64,000 nt of DNA from an uncultured Bacteroidia bacterium (GTDB taxonomy: Bacteria; Bacteroidota; Bacteroidia; Bacteroidales; UBA932): NCBI GenBank assembly GCA_902784965.1, contig CACZWU010000014.1, forward strand, positions 2,885-66,884, given 5' to 3'. The notes beneath the pieces were generated by a model, which searched no databases, was not told the origin of the DNA, and worked only from the letters and a program-made list of their open reading frames with translations. The translations under genes were made by a program, and so were the position numbers. Positions within the stretch are counted from its first letter, which is position 1; each line of letters starts with the position of its first letter. Shown piece by piece: positions 53,655-64,000 of the stretch.

Positions 53655-53693
53655 CACTGCTGGTGATGGCAAATTGAGTGCCACAGCGGTTTT

Positions 53694-54515
53694 ATGACAA
53701 AATGTCATCTATTTTTCCTGTGTGCCCTCGTGGCACTGCTGGCAGGCTGCAAAAAGCCCGCCCCGGGGCCATCCCTTTCTGAATACGGTGCCCAGACCCT
53801 GCAGGGCCAGGCTGCCCTGTTCGAGCAATATGTCCTGGAGCTGGCGACGCTCACGACCGAAGCGGCGCTGCAGCGCCAGGAAGAGACGCTCCGGGAAGCC
53901 GAGGCTGACAGCGCGCACTGGCAGCAGGTCATGACCCTGCAGGAAAAGTTCTTCCTCGACCCCAACAGCCCCTACCGCAGCGAAGAACTTTATCTTCCGG
54001 TGGCAGAGCATCTGCTCGGCTCGCCGCTGGCCTCCGACGCGCAGCGCGAACGCGCCCGCTGGCTGCTGCCGCGCCTGCGCCTCAACCGCCTCGGCACCGT
54101 AGCCAACGACTTCCCGTTCACCCTGCGCAACGGCCGCGAAACCACGCTCCACGCCACCATCGACCGCCTTCATCCGCGCCGCACCCTGCTCTTTTTCAGC
54201 AATCCGGGCTGCCCCAACTGCAAGGAAATCACCGAAGCCCTGGCCGACGATCCCGAGATCAGCGCCCAGATCGCCGACGGCTCGCTGCTGGTGGTCAACG
54301 TCTATCCAGACGAAGACCTCGAGGCCTGGTACGACTACCTGCCCAACTATCCGGACGCCTGGGTCTGCGGCTACGATCCCGCCCAGAACCTGCACAGCGA
54401 CACCCTGTACTGGGTGCGCGCCATCCCGTCACTCTATCTGCTGGACGAAGAAAAACGGGTCGTCCGGAAAGACGCCCCGCTCGAAGTGATCCTAATAGAT
54501 GGCAAACAGCGCTGA
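53694..54515 (+). CDS. Thioredoxin-fold (TlpA-like) lipoprotein
   Basis: The lipobox is LVALLAGC. The CxxC segment is LLFFSNPGCPNCKE. Its 3' end overlaps convergent ispE by 24 nt. Confidence 0.75.
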   Translation: MTKCHLFFLCALVALLAGCKKPAPGPSLSEYGAQTLQGQAALFEQYVLELATLTTEAALQRQEETLREAEADSAHWQQVMTLQEKFFLDPNSPYRSEELYLPVAEHLLGSPLASDAQRERARWLLPRLRLNRLGTVANDFPFTLRNGRETTLHATIDRLHPRRTLLFFSNPGCPNCKEITEALADDPEISAQIADGSLLVVNVYPDEDLEAWYDYLPNYPDAWVCGYDPAQNLHSDTLYWVRAIPSLYLLDEEKRVVRKDAPLEVILIDGKQR

Positions 54516-55229
54516 GCCGCTGCCCGACATGGCCGCATACGCGGCGCCGTCGTCGTAGAGGGCCTGCTTGGCCACCTGCAACTCCGGATGCCGTGCGAAG
54601 ACCGTGGTCTCGAAATCGTTGACCAGCAAGCCATCCCAACGCTCGACCGGAAGTTTCAGCACCGATTCGATGCGGTGCTCCGGCGCGTGGGGCGGGATGC
54701 CGGCGTAGGCTTCGCGCGTAGACACGAACACGGGCTGCGGGAAGATGCGCAGCGGGCGGTCGAGCGTGAAATCGACCGGCGTGAGCACCTCGCCGCGGCC
54801 GGTCGCCAGCATCGGCCGGTTGTAGACGAAAAAGGCGCAGTCGCTGCCCAGCTGGGCCGCCAGGCCGGCGAGTTCCACCTTCGGCAGCTGCAGGCCAAAG
54901 AGATCATTGAGCCCTGTCAGCGTGAAGGCGGCATCGGCCGAACCACCGCCCAGTCCCGCTCCCATCGGAATCTTCTTATAAAGGTGGATGGCCACGGGCG
55001 GAATGCCGAAGCGCTCGGCCATCAGTCGCCAGGCCTTCTCGCAGAGGTTCTCCCCGCTGATTTCGGCATTGTGGCAATGCATCTCGAAACGGTCGGCATG
55101 GACCAGTTCCAGGATGTCGCAAAGCTCCGGCACAGGATAGAAGAGTGTCTCGATGTCGTGATAGCCGTCGGGGCGCTTGCGGACCACGTGCAGGCCCAGG
55201 TTGATCTTGGCGTTGGGAAAGAGAATCAT
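54492..55229 (-). CDS. ispE: 4-(cytidine 5'-diphospho)-2-C-methyl-D-erythritol kinase
   Basis: It begins MILFPNAKINLGLHVVRKRPDGYHDIETLFYPV.., with the GHMP motif PMGAGLGGGSADAA. Confidence 0.9.
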   Translation of the reverse strand: MILFPNAKINLGLHVVRKRPDGYHDIETLFYPVPELCDILELVHADRFEMHCHNAEISGENLCEKAWRLMAERFGIPPVAIHLYKKIPMGAGLGGGSADAAFTLTGLNDLFGLQLPKVELAGLAAQLGSDCAFFVYNRPMLATGRGEVLTPVDFTLDRPLRIFPQPVFVSTREAYAGIPPHAPEHRIESVLKLPVERWDGLLVNDFETTVFARHPELQVAKQALYDDGAAYAAMSGSGSALFAIY

Positions 55230-55262
55230 AGGACAAAATTACGCTTTTTCAGCGCATTTTCC

Positions 55263-55270
55263 TAACTTTG
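55263..55270 (+). promoter_or_regulatory. -7 box TAACTTTG
   Basis: It matches TAnnTTTG and lies 6 nt upstream of the ATG at 55277, which implies a near-leaderless mRNA. Confidence 0.4.
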
Positions 55271-55276
55271 TAGGAT

Positions 55277-57724
55277 ATGAAAAGAATCCTGTCGCCCCTC
55301 TCAGGCCTCCTCGTCATCGCCTTGAGCGTCTTCGTCTCCCTGGGCAGCACAACGCCCGCTGTCACCGACCTTCCCGTTACCCCGCAGATTTTCAGCATCT
55401 CCTCCGGGCCGGGAACCGACGCTTCGGTTTCCATGTGCATCAGCTGGGCCTGCGACACCAGTTTCCGGCATACCACCGTCCTGCTCACGACCCTCGCCGA
55501 CAAAAACTGGCAGGAAGTACGCGAAATCAAGCCTTCGCAGCACGAGCGCTTCGACGCCTTCCAGGGCATGTACTCCAAGGCCGCCGACGGCACCAATATC
55601 CACGAAGACGCCGTCTTCACCAAATGCGGCGCCCTGGTCAACGACCTGCAGCCCGATACGGACTACAAGTATATCATCGTGGAGAAAGAGAACCATCGAC
55701 CCGTCGCCCGCAGCACCGAGCACCATTTCAGGACCGCCGGCGCCGACAGCTGGTCGGCGTGCATCATCTCCGATTTCCACAGCTACCCGCCCATTCCCAC
55801 GCGGCTGGAGGCCGCCATGGGCATGATCGACACCCTGCAGTCCATCGACCCCTCGATGGACTGGGTGCTGAGTCCCGGCGACGTGGTGGCCTGGGGCGGC
55901 AGCTATTCGTTCTGGCGCCAGCTTTTCGAGGAAGAGAATTTCAACGAGCTGTTCTGGGCCCGGGTCAACGGCAACCACGACAACTGGACCCGCCAGTCCC
56001 AGGTCTCGAAAGATTTCGGCGTGCCGAACCCTTTCTTCGTCGGCACCTCGTTCTATCCGCAGAACGGCTTCGGCGCCGAGCGCGGCGTGTGCTACCACTT
56101 CCGCTACGGCAACACCCTGTTCGTGATGCTCAACACCGAGAACATGGGCACCCCGGAGACCTTTGCGGCAGCAGCCGACTGGCTGCGCGACTGCGTGATC
56201 TTTGAGCGTGGCAGCGAAAACCCGCCCACCTTCGTGGTGGTATGCCAGCACTACGAGTGGTTCAACGGCACCAACGGCAAGAGCTACCAGTACACCCGCT
56301 GGCACCGGCTCTTCGACGAACTGGGGGTCGACCTGGCCCTGGCCGGAAACAACCACATCTACGTCCGCAGCCTGCCGCTCTATGACGACCAGGTCACCGA
56401 CGGCAGCACCGGCACCGTCTACCTCCAGACCTCGGCCTGCGACGACGACCGTGGCCGCGACTTCGACGACGTGCCCCTGCAGAACGACGACAAGATTGCC
56501 TTCCGCTGGACCGAAGGATCCCATACGGTGAGCGCCATCCACATGGCCGTCGACCCCGAAAGCATCTCCCTCGTCCTCTACGACCGCCACGGCAAGCCGG
56601 TCGACAGCACCGTCATCCCGGCCAAGCCCCGCACGGAGGCGCAGGATTCGCACCTCAACTGCGGCCCGTGGGTGACCGACATGGGCGAAGACGCCTTCAC
56701 GGTGCTCTGGGCCACCGACGTGCCCTGCCAGGGCTGGGTGGAACTCGACAACGGCCGGCGTGTTTACGAATATTACGCGGGACGCCGTCTCTTCGGCACC
56801 TTCCATTCGGTGCGGGTCACGGGCCTCTCGCGCGGTGCCACCTACGGCTACCGCGTCGGCAACCGGGTGGTCGACCCCGTCAATCCGCGCCGGCCGGCCT
56901 ACGGACGCGACATGTATTCCGACCGGCATCAGGTCACGACCTTCGATTCCAACCGCAAGACCTGCCACTTCTCCGTGATGAACGACGTGCACATGCGGCT
57001 CAACCACTATGCGGCGTTGCTCGACGGAGTGGACGTGTCCTCCAACGACTTCCTGCTCCTCAACGGCGACATCATCTCGGCCGGCAACTGGCCCATCGAC
57101 AGCCTGCTCAAGTATGAAGTCGCTCCGCTGGGCGACCGCGGCGCCGACCTGCCGGTGGTCTTTTCGCGCGGCAACCACGAGGGCCGCGGCAGCGGAGTCG
57201 AGCTGGTCGGAAAAGTCTTCCCGAAAGAGAGCGGCGCTCCTTATTATTATACCTTCCGCGAGGGGCCCGTGGCCTTCCTCGTGCTGGACTGCGGGGAGAC
57301 GGGCGTGAAGAACGCCCTCGCCCTGAGCGGCGACCGCATCTACGAACAATATCTGCGTGAGCAGCTGGCGTGGGCGGAGGCGGCGATGAAAGCGCCGTCG
57401 TTCCGCCGCGCGCCAGTCAAGATCTGCGTCATCCACGCTCCGATGGTCGATTTCGGCGATCCCGACGACTTCGTGCCGCACCAATGGATGAACCGCCATT
57501 TCATGCCTGTCCTCCAACAGGGCGGCATCGACCTGATGATCGCCGCCGACCTCCACGAACATCTGTTCATTCCGGCCGGAACCATGAACAACGCCTTCCC
57601 CATCCTGATCAACGACGACGAGTCGCGCCTCGACGTGCAGGTCTGGAAAGACCGCATTGAAGCCACCGTCTACGATGAAGCCGGCAAGGCCACGGTCCCG
57701 ACCTATACGATAAAAGTTAAATAA
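55277..57724 (+). CDS. Secreted protein with tandem metallophosphoesterase (purple-acid-phosphatase-like) domains
   Basis: 815 aa with a signal peptide. The two calcineurin-like halves are GDVVAWGG / NGNHDN / CQHYEW, and then VMNDVHM / NGDIISAG / RGNHEGRG / VIHAPM. Confidence 0.8.
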   Translation: MKRILSPLSGLLVIALSVFVSLGSTTPAVTDLPVTPQIFSISSGPGTDASVSMCISWACDTSFRHTTVLLTTLADKNWQEVREIKPSQHERFDAFQGMYSKAADGTNIHEDAVFTKCGALVNDLQPDTDYKYIIVEKENHRPVARSTEHHFRTAGADSWSACIISDFHSYPPIPTRLEAAMGMIDTLQSIDPSMDWVLSPGDVVAWGGSYSFWRQLFEEENFNELFWARVNGNHDNWTRQSQVSKDFGVPNPFFVGTSFYPQNGFGAERGVCYHFRYGNTLFVMLNTENMGTPETFAAAADWLRDCVIFERGSENPPTFVVVCQHYEWFNGTNGKSYQYTRWHRLFDELGVDLALAGNNHIYVRSLPLYDDQVTDGSTGTVYLQTSACDDDRGRDFDDVPLQNDDKIAFRWTEGSHTVSAIHMAVDPESISLVLYDRHGKPVDSTVIPAKPRTEAQDSHLNCGPWVTDMGEDAFTVLWATDVPCQGWVELDNGRRVYEYYAGRRLFGTFHSVRVTGLSRGATYGYRVGNRVVDPVNPRRPAYGRDMYSDRHQVTTFDSNRKTCHFSVMNDVHMRLNHYAALLDGVDVSSNDFLLLNGDIISAGNWPIDSLLKYEVAPLGDRGADLPVVFSRGNHEGRGSGVELVGKVFPKESGAPYYYTFREGPVAFLVLDCGETGVKNALALSGDRIYEQYLREQLAWAEAAMKAPSFRRAPVKICVIHAPMVDFGDPDDFVPHQWMNRHFMPVLQQGGIDLMIAADLHEHLFIPAGTMNNAFPILINDDESRLDVQVWKDRIEATVYDEAGKATVPTYTIKVK

Positions 57725-57732
57725 ACCCAGCC

Positions 57733-58719
57733 ATGACCCGAACCGAAATCGCCGAAATCGGCAAGCAGGCCGTCCTCGACAAACTGTTTGAGAACAGTGG
57801 ATATACCAACGAACAACCCTTGCGGCTCCACCAGAAAGGAGAATGTTGCAGCGCCCAGAAGCTGATGCTGGAAGGCTGCGACTTCGACCTGGTCTACACG
57901 CCGCTCAAACACCTGGGCTACAAGGCCGTGCTCAACGTGCTCGGCGAGCTCTACGCCAACCTCCGCCAGCCGGCGTCCCTGTCGGTGGTGCTGGGCCTTT
58001 CCAAGCGTTTCTGCTTCGAAGACGTGGCGCAGCTCTGGGAAGGCGTGCTGGCCGCCTGCCGCGAACACGACGTCGCGCAGCTGTCGCTCGAACTCAACCC
58101 GTCGGTCAACGGCCTGGCCATCGGCCTCGCGGCCTGCGGCGTGCAGAAGAAAGGGGTGATCGAAAAGATTCCGGCCTCCAAGAACATGGACCTGATCTGC
58201 CTGAGCGGACATGTGGGCGCGGCCTACATGGGCCTCCATGTGCTGGAGCGCGAAAAGGTGGCCTTCACCGGCACGGGCGAACAGCCCGACCTGTCGAAAT
58301 ACAAAGCCGTGCTGGCCAGCTACCTGAGCCCGGAGATCAAGCCGGGCATCGTGAAGCGTTTCATCGAGGCGGACGCCCTGCCGTCGCGCGGCTATTTCCT
58401 GACACGCGGCCTCGGCGAGGCGGTCATCCGGCTGACGCGCGACACGGGCCTGGGCGCCAAGGTCTATCTCGAGAAGATTCCCATTTCGTCGCAGACCTTC
58501 GCAATGGCCGAGGAGATCGACATGGATGTGGTGACGGCGGCGATGAACGGTGGCGACGACTACAAGTTCCTTTTCACCGTCCCCATCGAGAAGCACGATG
58601 TCATTCGCAAGGATTTCCAGGACTTCGAGGTGATCGGGCACACCGCCCGCCCCGACGTCGGCCCCGTCCTTGTCACCCCCGAAGGTGCCGAACTCCCCAT
58701 CCACGCACAAGGCTATTAA
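57733..58719 (+). CDS. thiL: ThiL / PurM-superfamily (AIR-synthase-related) protein with divergent metal-binding motifs
   Basis: FDLVYTPLKHLGYKAV and GGDDYKFLFTVP resemble ThiL. The canonical Asp motifs appear as GEC, GEL and LEL (see findings). Confidence 0.6.
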   Translation: MTRTEIAEIGKQAVLDKLFENSGYTNEQPLRLHQKGECCSAQKLMLEGCDFDLVYTPLKHLGYKAVLNVLGELYANLRQPASLSVVLGLSKRFCFEDVAQLWEGVLAACREHDVAQLSLELNPSVNGLAIGLAACGVQKKGVIEKIPASKNMDLICLSGHVGAAYMGLHVLEREKVAFTGTGEQPDLSKYKAVLASYLSPEIKPGIVKRFIEADALPSRGYFLTRGLGEAVIRLTRDTGLGAKVYLEKIPISSQTFAMAEEIDMDVVTAAMNGGDDYKFLFTVPIEKHDVIRKDFQDFEVIGHTARPDVGPVLVTPEGAELPIHAQGY

Positions 58720-58759
58720 ACACATGGCACATAACAAGCTGATTCTCAATGATATGCTG

Positions 58760-58793
58760 AATATCGATTGCGCATTTTGACGCAATCGATATT
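58760..58793. promoter_or_regulatory. Perfect 13-bp palindrome between thiL and sufB (terminator or operator)
   Basis: The sequence is AATATCGATTGCG-cattttga-CGCAATCGATATT. No T-run follows it. Confidence 0.4.
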
Positions 58794-58863
58794 TAATAAT
58801 CGGCTGAAAGTCAAGAAGGTATGTGCCAGGGGCAAATATCACGCTGAGCGTTAAAAATAATGC

Positions 58864-58871
58864 TATCTTTG
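58864..58871 (+). promoter_or_regulatory. -7 box TATCTTTG upstream of sufB
   Basis: It matches TAnnTTTG and lies 8 nt upstream of the ATG at 58880. Confidence 0.45.
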
Positions 58872-58879
58872 CAGCGGCT

Positions 58880-60342
<1,463 letters not shown>

Positions 60343-60343
<1 letters not shown>

Positions 60344-60926
60344 TGAACTGGCTCGATCTGACAGCGTCCATCCTCGGCCTGGCCTGCGTTTTCCTGGCCG
60401 GCCGCGGCAGCAAATACAATTTCTGGGTGGGGTATCTCTATACCATCGCCCTCTTCTTCCTGTTCTGGCAGAAGAACCTGGTGGCCTCCCTGCTGCTCCA
60501 GCCCATTTCGCTGGGTATCAATATCCTGGGGCACTACCGCTGGACCCATCCCAAGGCCGGCGAGACGAGCTCCGAGAAGGAAGGCGAGCTGAAAGTCACC
60601 ATGCTCACCTGGCCCGAGCGCATCCTGACGGTCTTCATTGTGCTGGTGGTGGCCGCACTCTGGGGCTGGCTCCTGGGCCGCCTGTTCCCCGCCGACCCGC
60701 ACCCGTATCTCGATTCCTGCGTCACCGTGCTGATCCTCGTGGCCCAGTTCCTCAGCGCCCAGAAGAAATGGGACTGCTGGGTGGCCTGGATCATCGTCAA
60801 TATCACCCAACTCATCCTGCACCTGTCGGTCGGCAACATCTTCATGCCGATCGTCAGTGCCCTGTATCTTGTCAACGGCATCGTCTCCCTGGTCAACTGG
60901 GAAAAAATGTATAGGAGGAAAGCCTG

Positions 60927-60927
<1 letters not shown>
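60343..60927 (+). CDS. pnuC: PnuC-family transporter (nicotinamide riboside / vitamin-nucleoside type)
   Basis: 194 aa with about 6-7 TM helices. It has MNWLDLTASILGLACVFLAGRGSKYNFWVGYLY.. and ..QKKWDCWVAWIIVN..LVNW. Its ATG overlaps the sufB stop (TAATG), and its stop overlaps the sufC ATG (TGATG). Confidence 0.75.
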
Positions 60928-61654
<727 letters not shown>

Positions 61655-61658
61655 TCCG

Positions 61659-62363
61659 ATGGAAGTGCAACTCATCACGAATCCCGAAGGTCGGCTGCAG
61701 ATGGCGCTGGAGGCAGGTGCTTCCGCGGAATACCTCGTGCTGCAGGACGGAACAGGGGCCGCGGCGCGCGAATGCGAGGTCGCGTATGCGATTTCGCTGG
61801 CCGAAGGCGCCTCGCTCAAGATGGTGTTCCTGTCGCTGGGCGGCACGGTGCTCCGCAACCGCCTGCGCGTGTCGCTGCAGGGCCGGCATGCGGCCTGCGA
61901 CCTGGCCGGCATCTGCCTGGCGGACGGACGGCAGGAGATGGATTACGACGTGCTGCTGACGCACGAAGTGCCGCAGTGCGCCAGCACGCAGCTTTTCAAG
62001 AATATTGTGGGCGGTCACGGCGTGACCCGCTTCCACGGTCTCATCAAGGTCGTGCCCGACGCGCAGCAGACCGAGGCCTACCAGGCCAACCACAACCTCC
62101 TGGCCAGCGACACGGCCAAGGCCTACACCCAGCCGCAGCTCGAGATCTATGCCGACGACGTGAAGTGCAGCCATGGTGCCACGATCGGCCGCCTCAATCC
62201 CGACGAGCTGTTCTACATGCGTTCGCGCGGCATCCCGCAGGCGGAGGCCCGCCTGCTGCAGCAGCTGGCCTTCAGCTATGAGGTGCTGGAAAAGATTTCT
62301 TCGCCGGAACTCCGGGAAAAGATGCAGGCGTTGGTGGAGCAGCGGCTCCGCGAACTGGCATAA
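61659..62363 (+). CDS. sufD: SufD-like protein, core SufBD domain only (about half the usual length)
   Basis: 234 aa, with ..THEVPQCASTQLFKNIVGGHGVTRFHGLIKV..QPQLEIYADDVKCSHGATIGRL..ELFYMRSRGI.. Confidence 0.8.
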   Translation: MEVQLITNPEGRLQMALEAGASAEYLVLQDGTGAAARECEVAYAISLAEGASLKMVFLSLGGTVLRNRLRVSLQGRHAACDLAGICLADGRQEMDYDVLLTHEVPQCASTQLFKNIVGGHGVTRFHGLIKVVPDAQQTEAYQANHNLLASDTAKAYTQPQLEIYADDVKCSHGATIGRLNPDELFYMRSRGIPQAEARLLQQLAFSYEVLEKISSPELREKMQALVEQRLRELA

Positions 62364-62476
62364 TTTGTCAAAAAGACAAATTTGTTGTCAAAAAAGCCTA
62401 AATCACATTTTCGAACGCAACATTTCGTCCCCGACCTGCATCTTGCAAGTGGTTTAGGTTTTAGTATATTATCAGA

Positions 62477-62513
62477 AAAGGGTAACTCGTCGCGTGTAGA
62501 GTTGCCCTTTTTG
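62477..62513 (+). terminator. Intrinsic terminator of the suf operon
   Basis: The hairpin is AAAGGGTAACTC-gtcgcgtgta-GAGTTGCCCTTT, running into TTTTTG. Confidence 0.7.
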
Positions 62514-62534
62514 TATTACTTAACAAAAAAGTAT

Positions 62535-62542
62535 TACCTTTG
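62535..62542 (+). promoter_or_regulatory. -7 box TACCTTTG driving the R2 element plus tRNA-Gln
   Basis: It matches TAnnTTTG. A TTTG is present about 24 nt upstream (62508-62511). The box lies about 100 nt upstream of the mature tRNA 5' end. Confidence 0.5.
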
Positions 62543-62553
62543 CGTTTTAACCC

Positions 62554-62643
62554 GCGGCATCAGCCGCTAGCGGAGGCCGGGCAGGGTAGGCCCCGCGCAA
62601 TAGCAAGGCCGGAGCGGCGGGGTTCGGGGCAGAGCCCCGACAC
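62554..62643 (+). ncRNA. Copy R2 of the structured repeat element. It is predicted to be transcribed as a long 5' leader of tRNA-Gln.
   Basis: The hairpins are GCGGC-atca-GCCGC (62554-62567), GGCC..GGCC (62575-78 / 62607-10) and CGGGGC-aga-GCCCCG (62625-62639). It is homologous to 41708-41805, lies between the promoter box and the tRNA, and contains no credible ORF. Confidence 0.45.
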
Positions 62644-62714
62644 TGAGATATGGTGTAATGGTAGCACTACAGATTTTGGTTCTGTCTGTTCAGGTTCGAA
62701 TCCTGATATCTCAA
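62644..62714 (+). tRNA. tRNA-Gln (anticodon UUG)
   Basis: The sequence is TGAGATATGGTGTAATGGTAGCACTACAGATTTTGGTTCTGTCTGTTCAGGTTCGAATCCTGATATCTCAA. A cloverleaf was folded by hand (acceptor TGAGATA/TATCTCA, anticodon stem ACAGA/TCTGT with loop TTTTGGT, T arm TCAGG-TTCGAAT-CCTGA). Confidence 0.9.
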
Positions 62715-62825
62715 CAAAAGATAACCAATCGAACGCACCACTGTGGAACCTCCGAGTAGTCTGAACGGCAGTGACGGGAGCTCATCATCCGGGCCCCTGC
62801 CTAAGTGGTGCTTTCCCAACCACTT

Positions 62826-63467
62826 ATGCCACTATTCCTAAAGAAAGAACTTGAAGACGACGCCCGGATCTACGTCTGGGAGATTACCGAAACCGAAGAA
62901 GAACTGCTCGCCAGCACCGCTGTCCCCGACAACGAGCTGGAGGAGCTTTCCTATACGCGGAGCGAAGCGCGCCGCAAGGAAAAACTGGCCGAACGCGCCC
63001 TGCTCAACACCATCTTCTTCCCCGACAAGCTGTACCTGGGCCACCACGACAACGGAAAGCCGTACCTGCAGAATACGGCCATCGAGATCAGCATCTCCCA
63101 TACCAACCGTTTCGTGGCCATCCTGCTGAGCCCCGACGAGAACCTGGGCATCGACATCGAGAGCCTCGACCGTGACTTTTCGGCCGTGGAGAAGAAGGCC
63201 CTGAGCGAAGATGAGCTCGACGACCTCGAAGACGACAAGCGGAAGACGCTGCAGCTGGCCATCTACTGGTGCGCCAAGGAAGCCATCTACAAGCGGATGT
63301 CGATTTCCGGCGTCGATTTCGCCGAGCAGATCGAGGTGGAGCGTTTCACGCCCCGCGACGAAGGCAAGATCGATGCTACGTTCTACCACAAGGACGGCAC
63401 GGAGATGGTATTCGAGCTCAGCTACGAGGTGTTTGAAAACCATGTGATGGTGTGGGTGGTTGATTAA
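62826..63467 (+). CDS. 4'-phosphopantetheinyl transferase superfamily protein
   Basis: The ATG at 62826 gives [20 protein letters not shown].., with the motifs [26 protein letters not shown] and WCAKEAIYK. Confidence 0.8.
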   Translation: MPLFLKKELEDDARIYVWEITETEEELLASTAVPDNELEELSYTRSEARRKEKLAERALLNTIFFPDKLYLGHHDNGKPYLQNTAIEISISHTNRFVAILLSPDENLGIDIESLDRDFSAVEKKALSEDELDDLEDDKRKTLQLAIYWCAKEAIYKRMSISGVDFAEQIEVERFTPRDEGKIDATFYHKDGTEMVFELSYEVFENHVMVWVVD

Positions 63468-63480
63468 TCCGGAACAGTAC

Positions 63481-64000
63481 AATGAAGAACTTTGTAAAAG
63501 AATTGGAATGGCGCGGCATGATCCACGACATCATGCCCGGAACGGAAGAAGAATTGATGAAGGGCCCGACAGCGGCCTATGTCGGCATCGACCCGACCGG
63601 CGACTCCCTGCACATCGGACACCTGGTGAGCATCATGATCCTCAAGCATTTCCAGGCTTGCGGACACAAGCCGTACGCCCTGGTGGGCGGTGCGACCGGC
63701 ATGATCGGCGACCCTTCGATGAAATCGCAGGAGCGCAACCTGCTCGACGAGGAGACCCTCGCCCACAACGTGGCCTGCATCAAGGCCCAGCTCGGCAAGT
63801 TCCTCGATTTCGAATCGTCGGCACCCAACAAGGCGGAGCTGGTGAACAACTACGACTGGATGAAAGACTATACTTTCATCAACTTCACCCGTGACATCGG
63901 CAAGCTCATCACCGTCAACTATATGATGGCCAAGGATTCGGTGCGGAAACGCCTCTCCCGTGAATCGAACGAGGGCATGTCGTTCACCGAATTCACCTAT
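63481..64000 (+). CDS. tyrS: Tyrosine--tRNA ligase, N-terminal part (runs off the right edge)
   Basis: It is absent from the ORF track because it has no stop in the window. The ATG at 63481 gives [49 protein letters not shown].. (HIGH motif), then ..[11 protein letters not shown].. Confidence 0.9.

Noticed and set aside
53640-53690. A CIRCE (HrcA) operator upstream of groES.
   Set aside because: Only GCACT-N18-AGTGC is present. The canonical 9-bp arms with a 9-nt spacer are absent.
62364-62394. An AT-rich hairpin and direct repeat right after the sufD stop (AATTTGTC-aaaaa-GACAAATT, with TTGTCAAAAA repeated twice).
   Set aside because: It is a low-complexity A/T sequence, and a much stronger terminator follows at 62477-62513. 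There is insufficient evidence for a specific function.
62540-62764. A 74-aa ORF spanning the R2 element and tRNA-Gln.
   Set aside because: It overlaps a well-folded tRNA and a GC-rich structured repeat, and it has no coding features.

Overview
This is a 64-kb, visibly GC-rich chromosomal segment from a Bacteroidota genome. Evidence for the phylum: TAnnTTTG -7 promoter boxes, CarbopepD-type TonB-dependent receptors, and BACON, FISUMP and DUF4249-like lipoproteins. An Alistipes/Rikenellaceae-like origin is only my guess. The content is almost entirely core or housekeeping. It includes rpsL-rpsG-fusA-rpsJ, two tRNAs (Met-CAU, Gln-UUG), groES-groEL, dnaE, rnr, plsX, gpmI, rdgB-recO, rsgA, ispE, tyrS (partial), sufB/C/D, arcC-argF, rocD, a C69 dipeptidase, S41 and U32 peptidases, and a MATE exporter. 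It also holds two TonB-dependent-receptor operons and a five-gene envelope operon (acyltransferase, Omp85-like barrel, three tandem paralogous lipoproteins). I found no integrase, transposase, phage gene, CRISPR array or recognisable defence gene, so I cannot point to a clear novel multi-gene system. The observations most worth a second look are: (1) sufC is broken by a roughly 30-nt frame-shifting deletion just upstream of the Walker A motif, in a suf operon that also carries an inserted pnuC-like transporter and a half-length sufD. (2) A 144-nt, 100%-identical inverted duplication of the recO 3' end plus its downstream spacer brackets a 3.2-kb segment (S41 peptidase, rdgB, recO). (3) An adjacent, hairpin-dense, non-coding stretch of about 450 nt has no assigned function. 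(4) A structured element of about 95 nt is present in 2 to 3 copies with compensatory stem changes, and one copy forms a promoter-driven leader of tRNA-Gln. (5) A family-3 solute-binding lipoprotein is circularly permuted. (6) The paralogous lipoprotein operon has Shine-Dalgarno-like TAAGGAGG junctions. (7) rpsJ is not followed by rplC. All family names come from recognising motifs by eye, and no searches were run.
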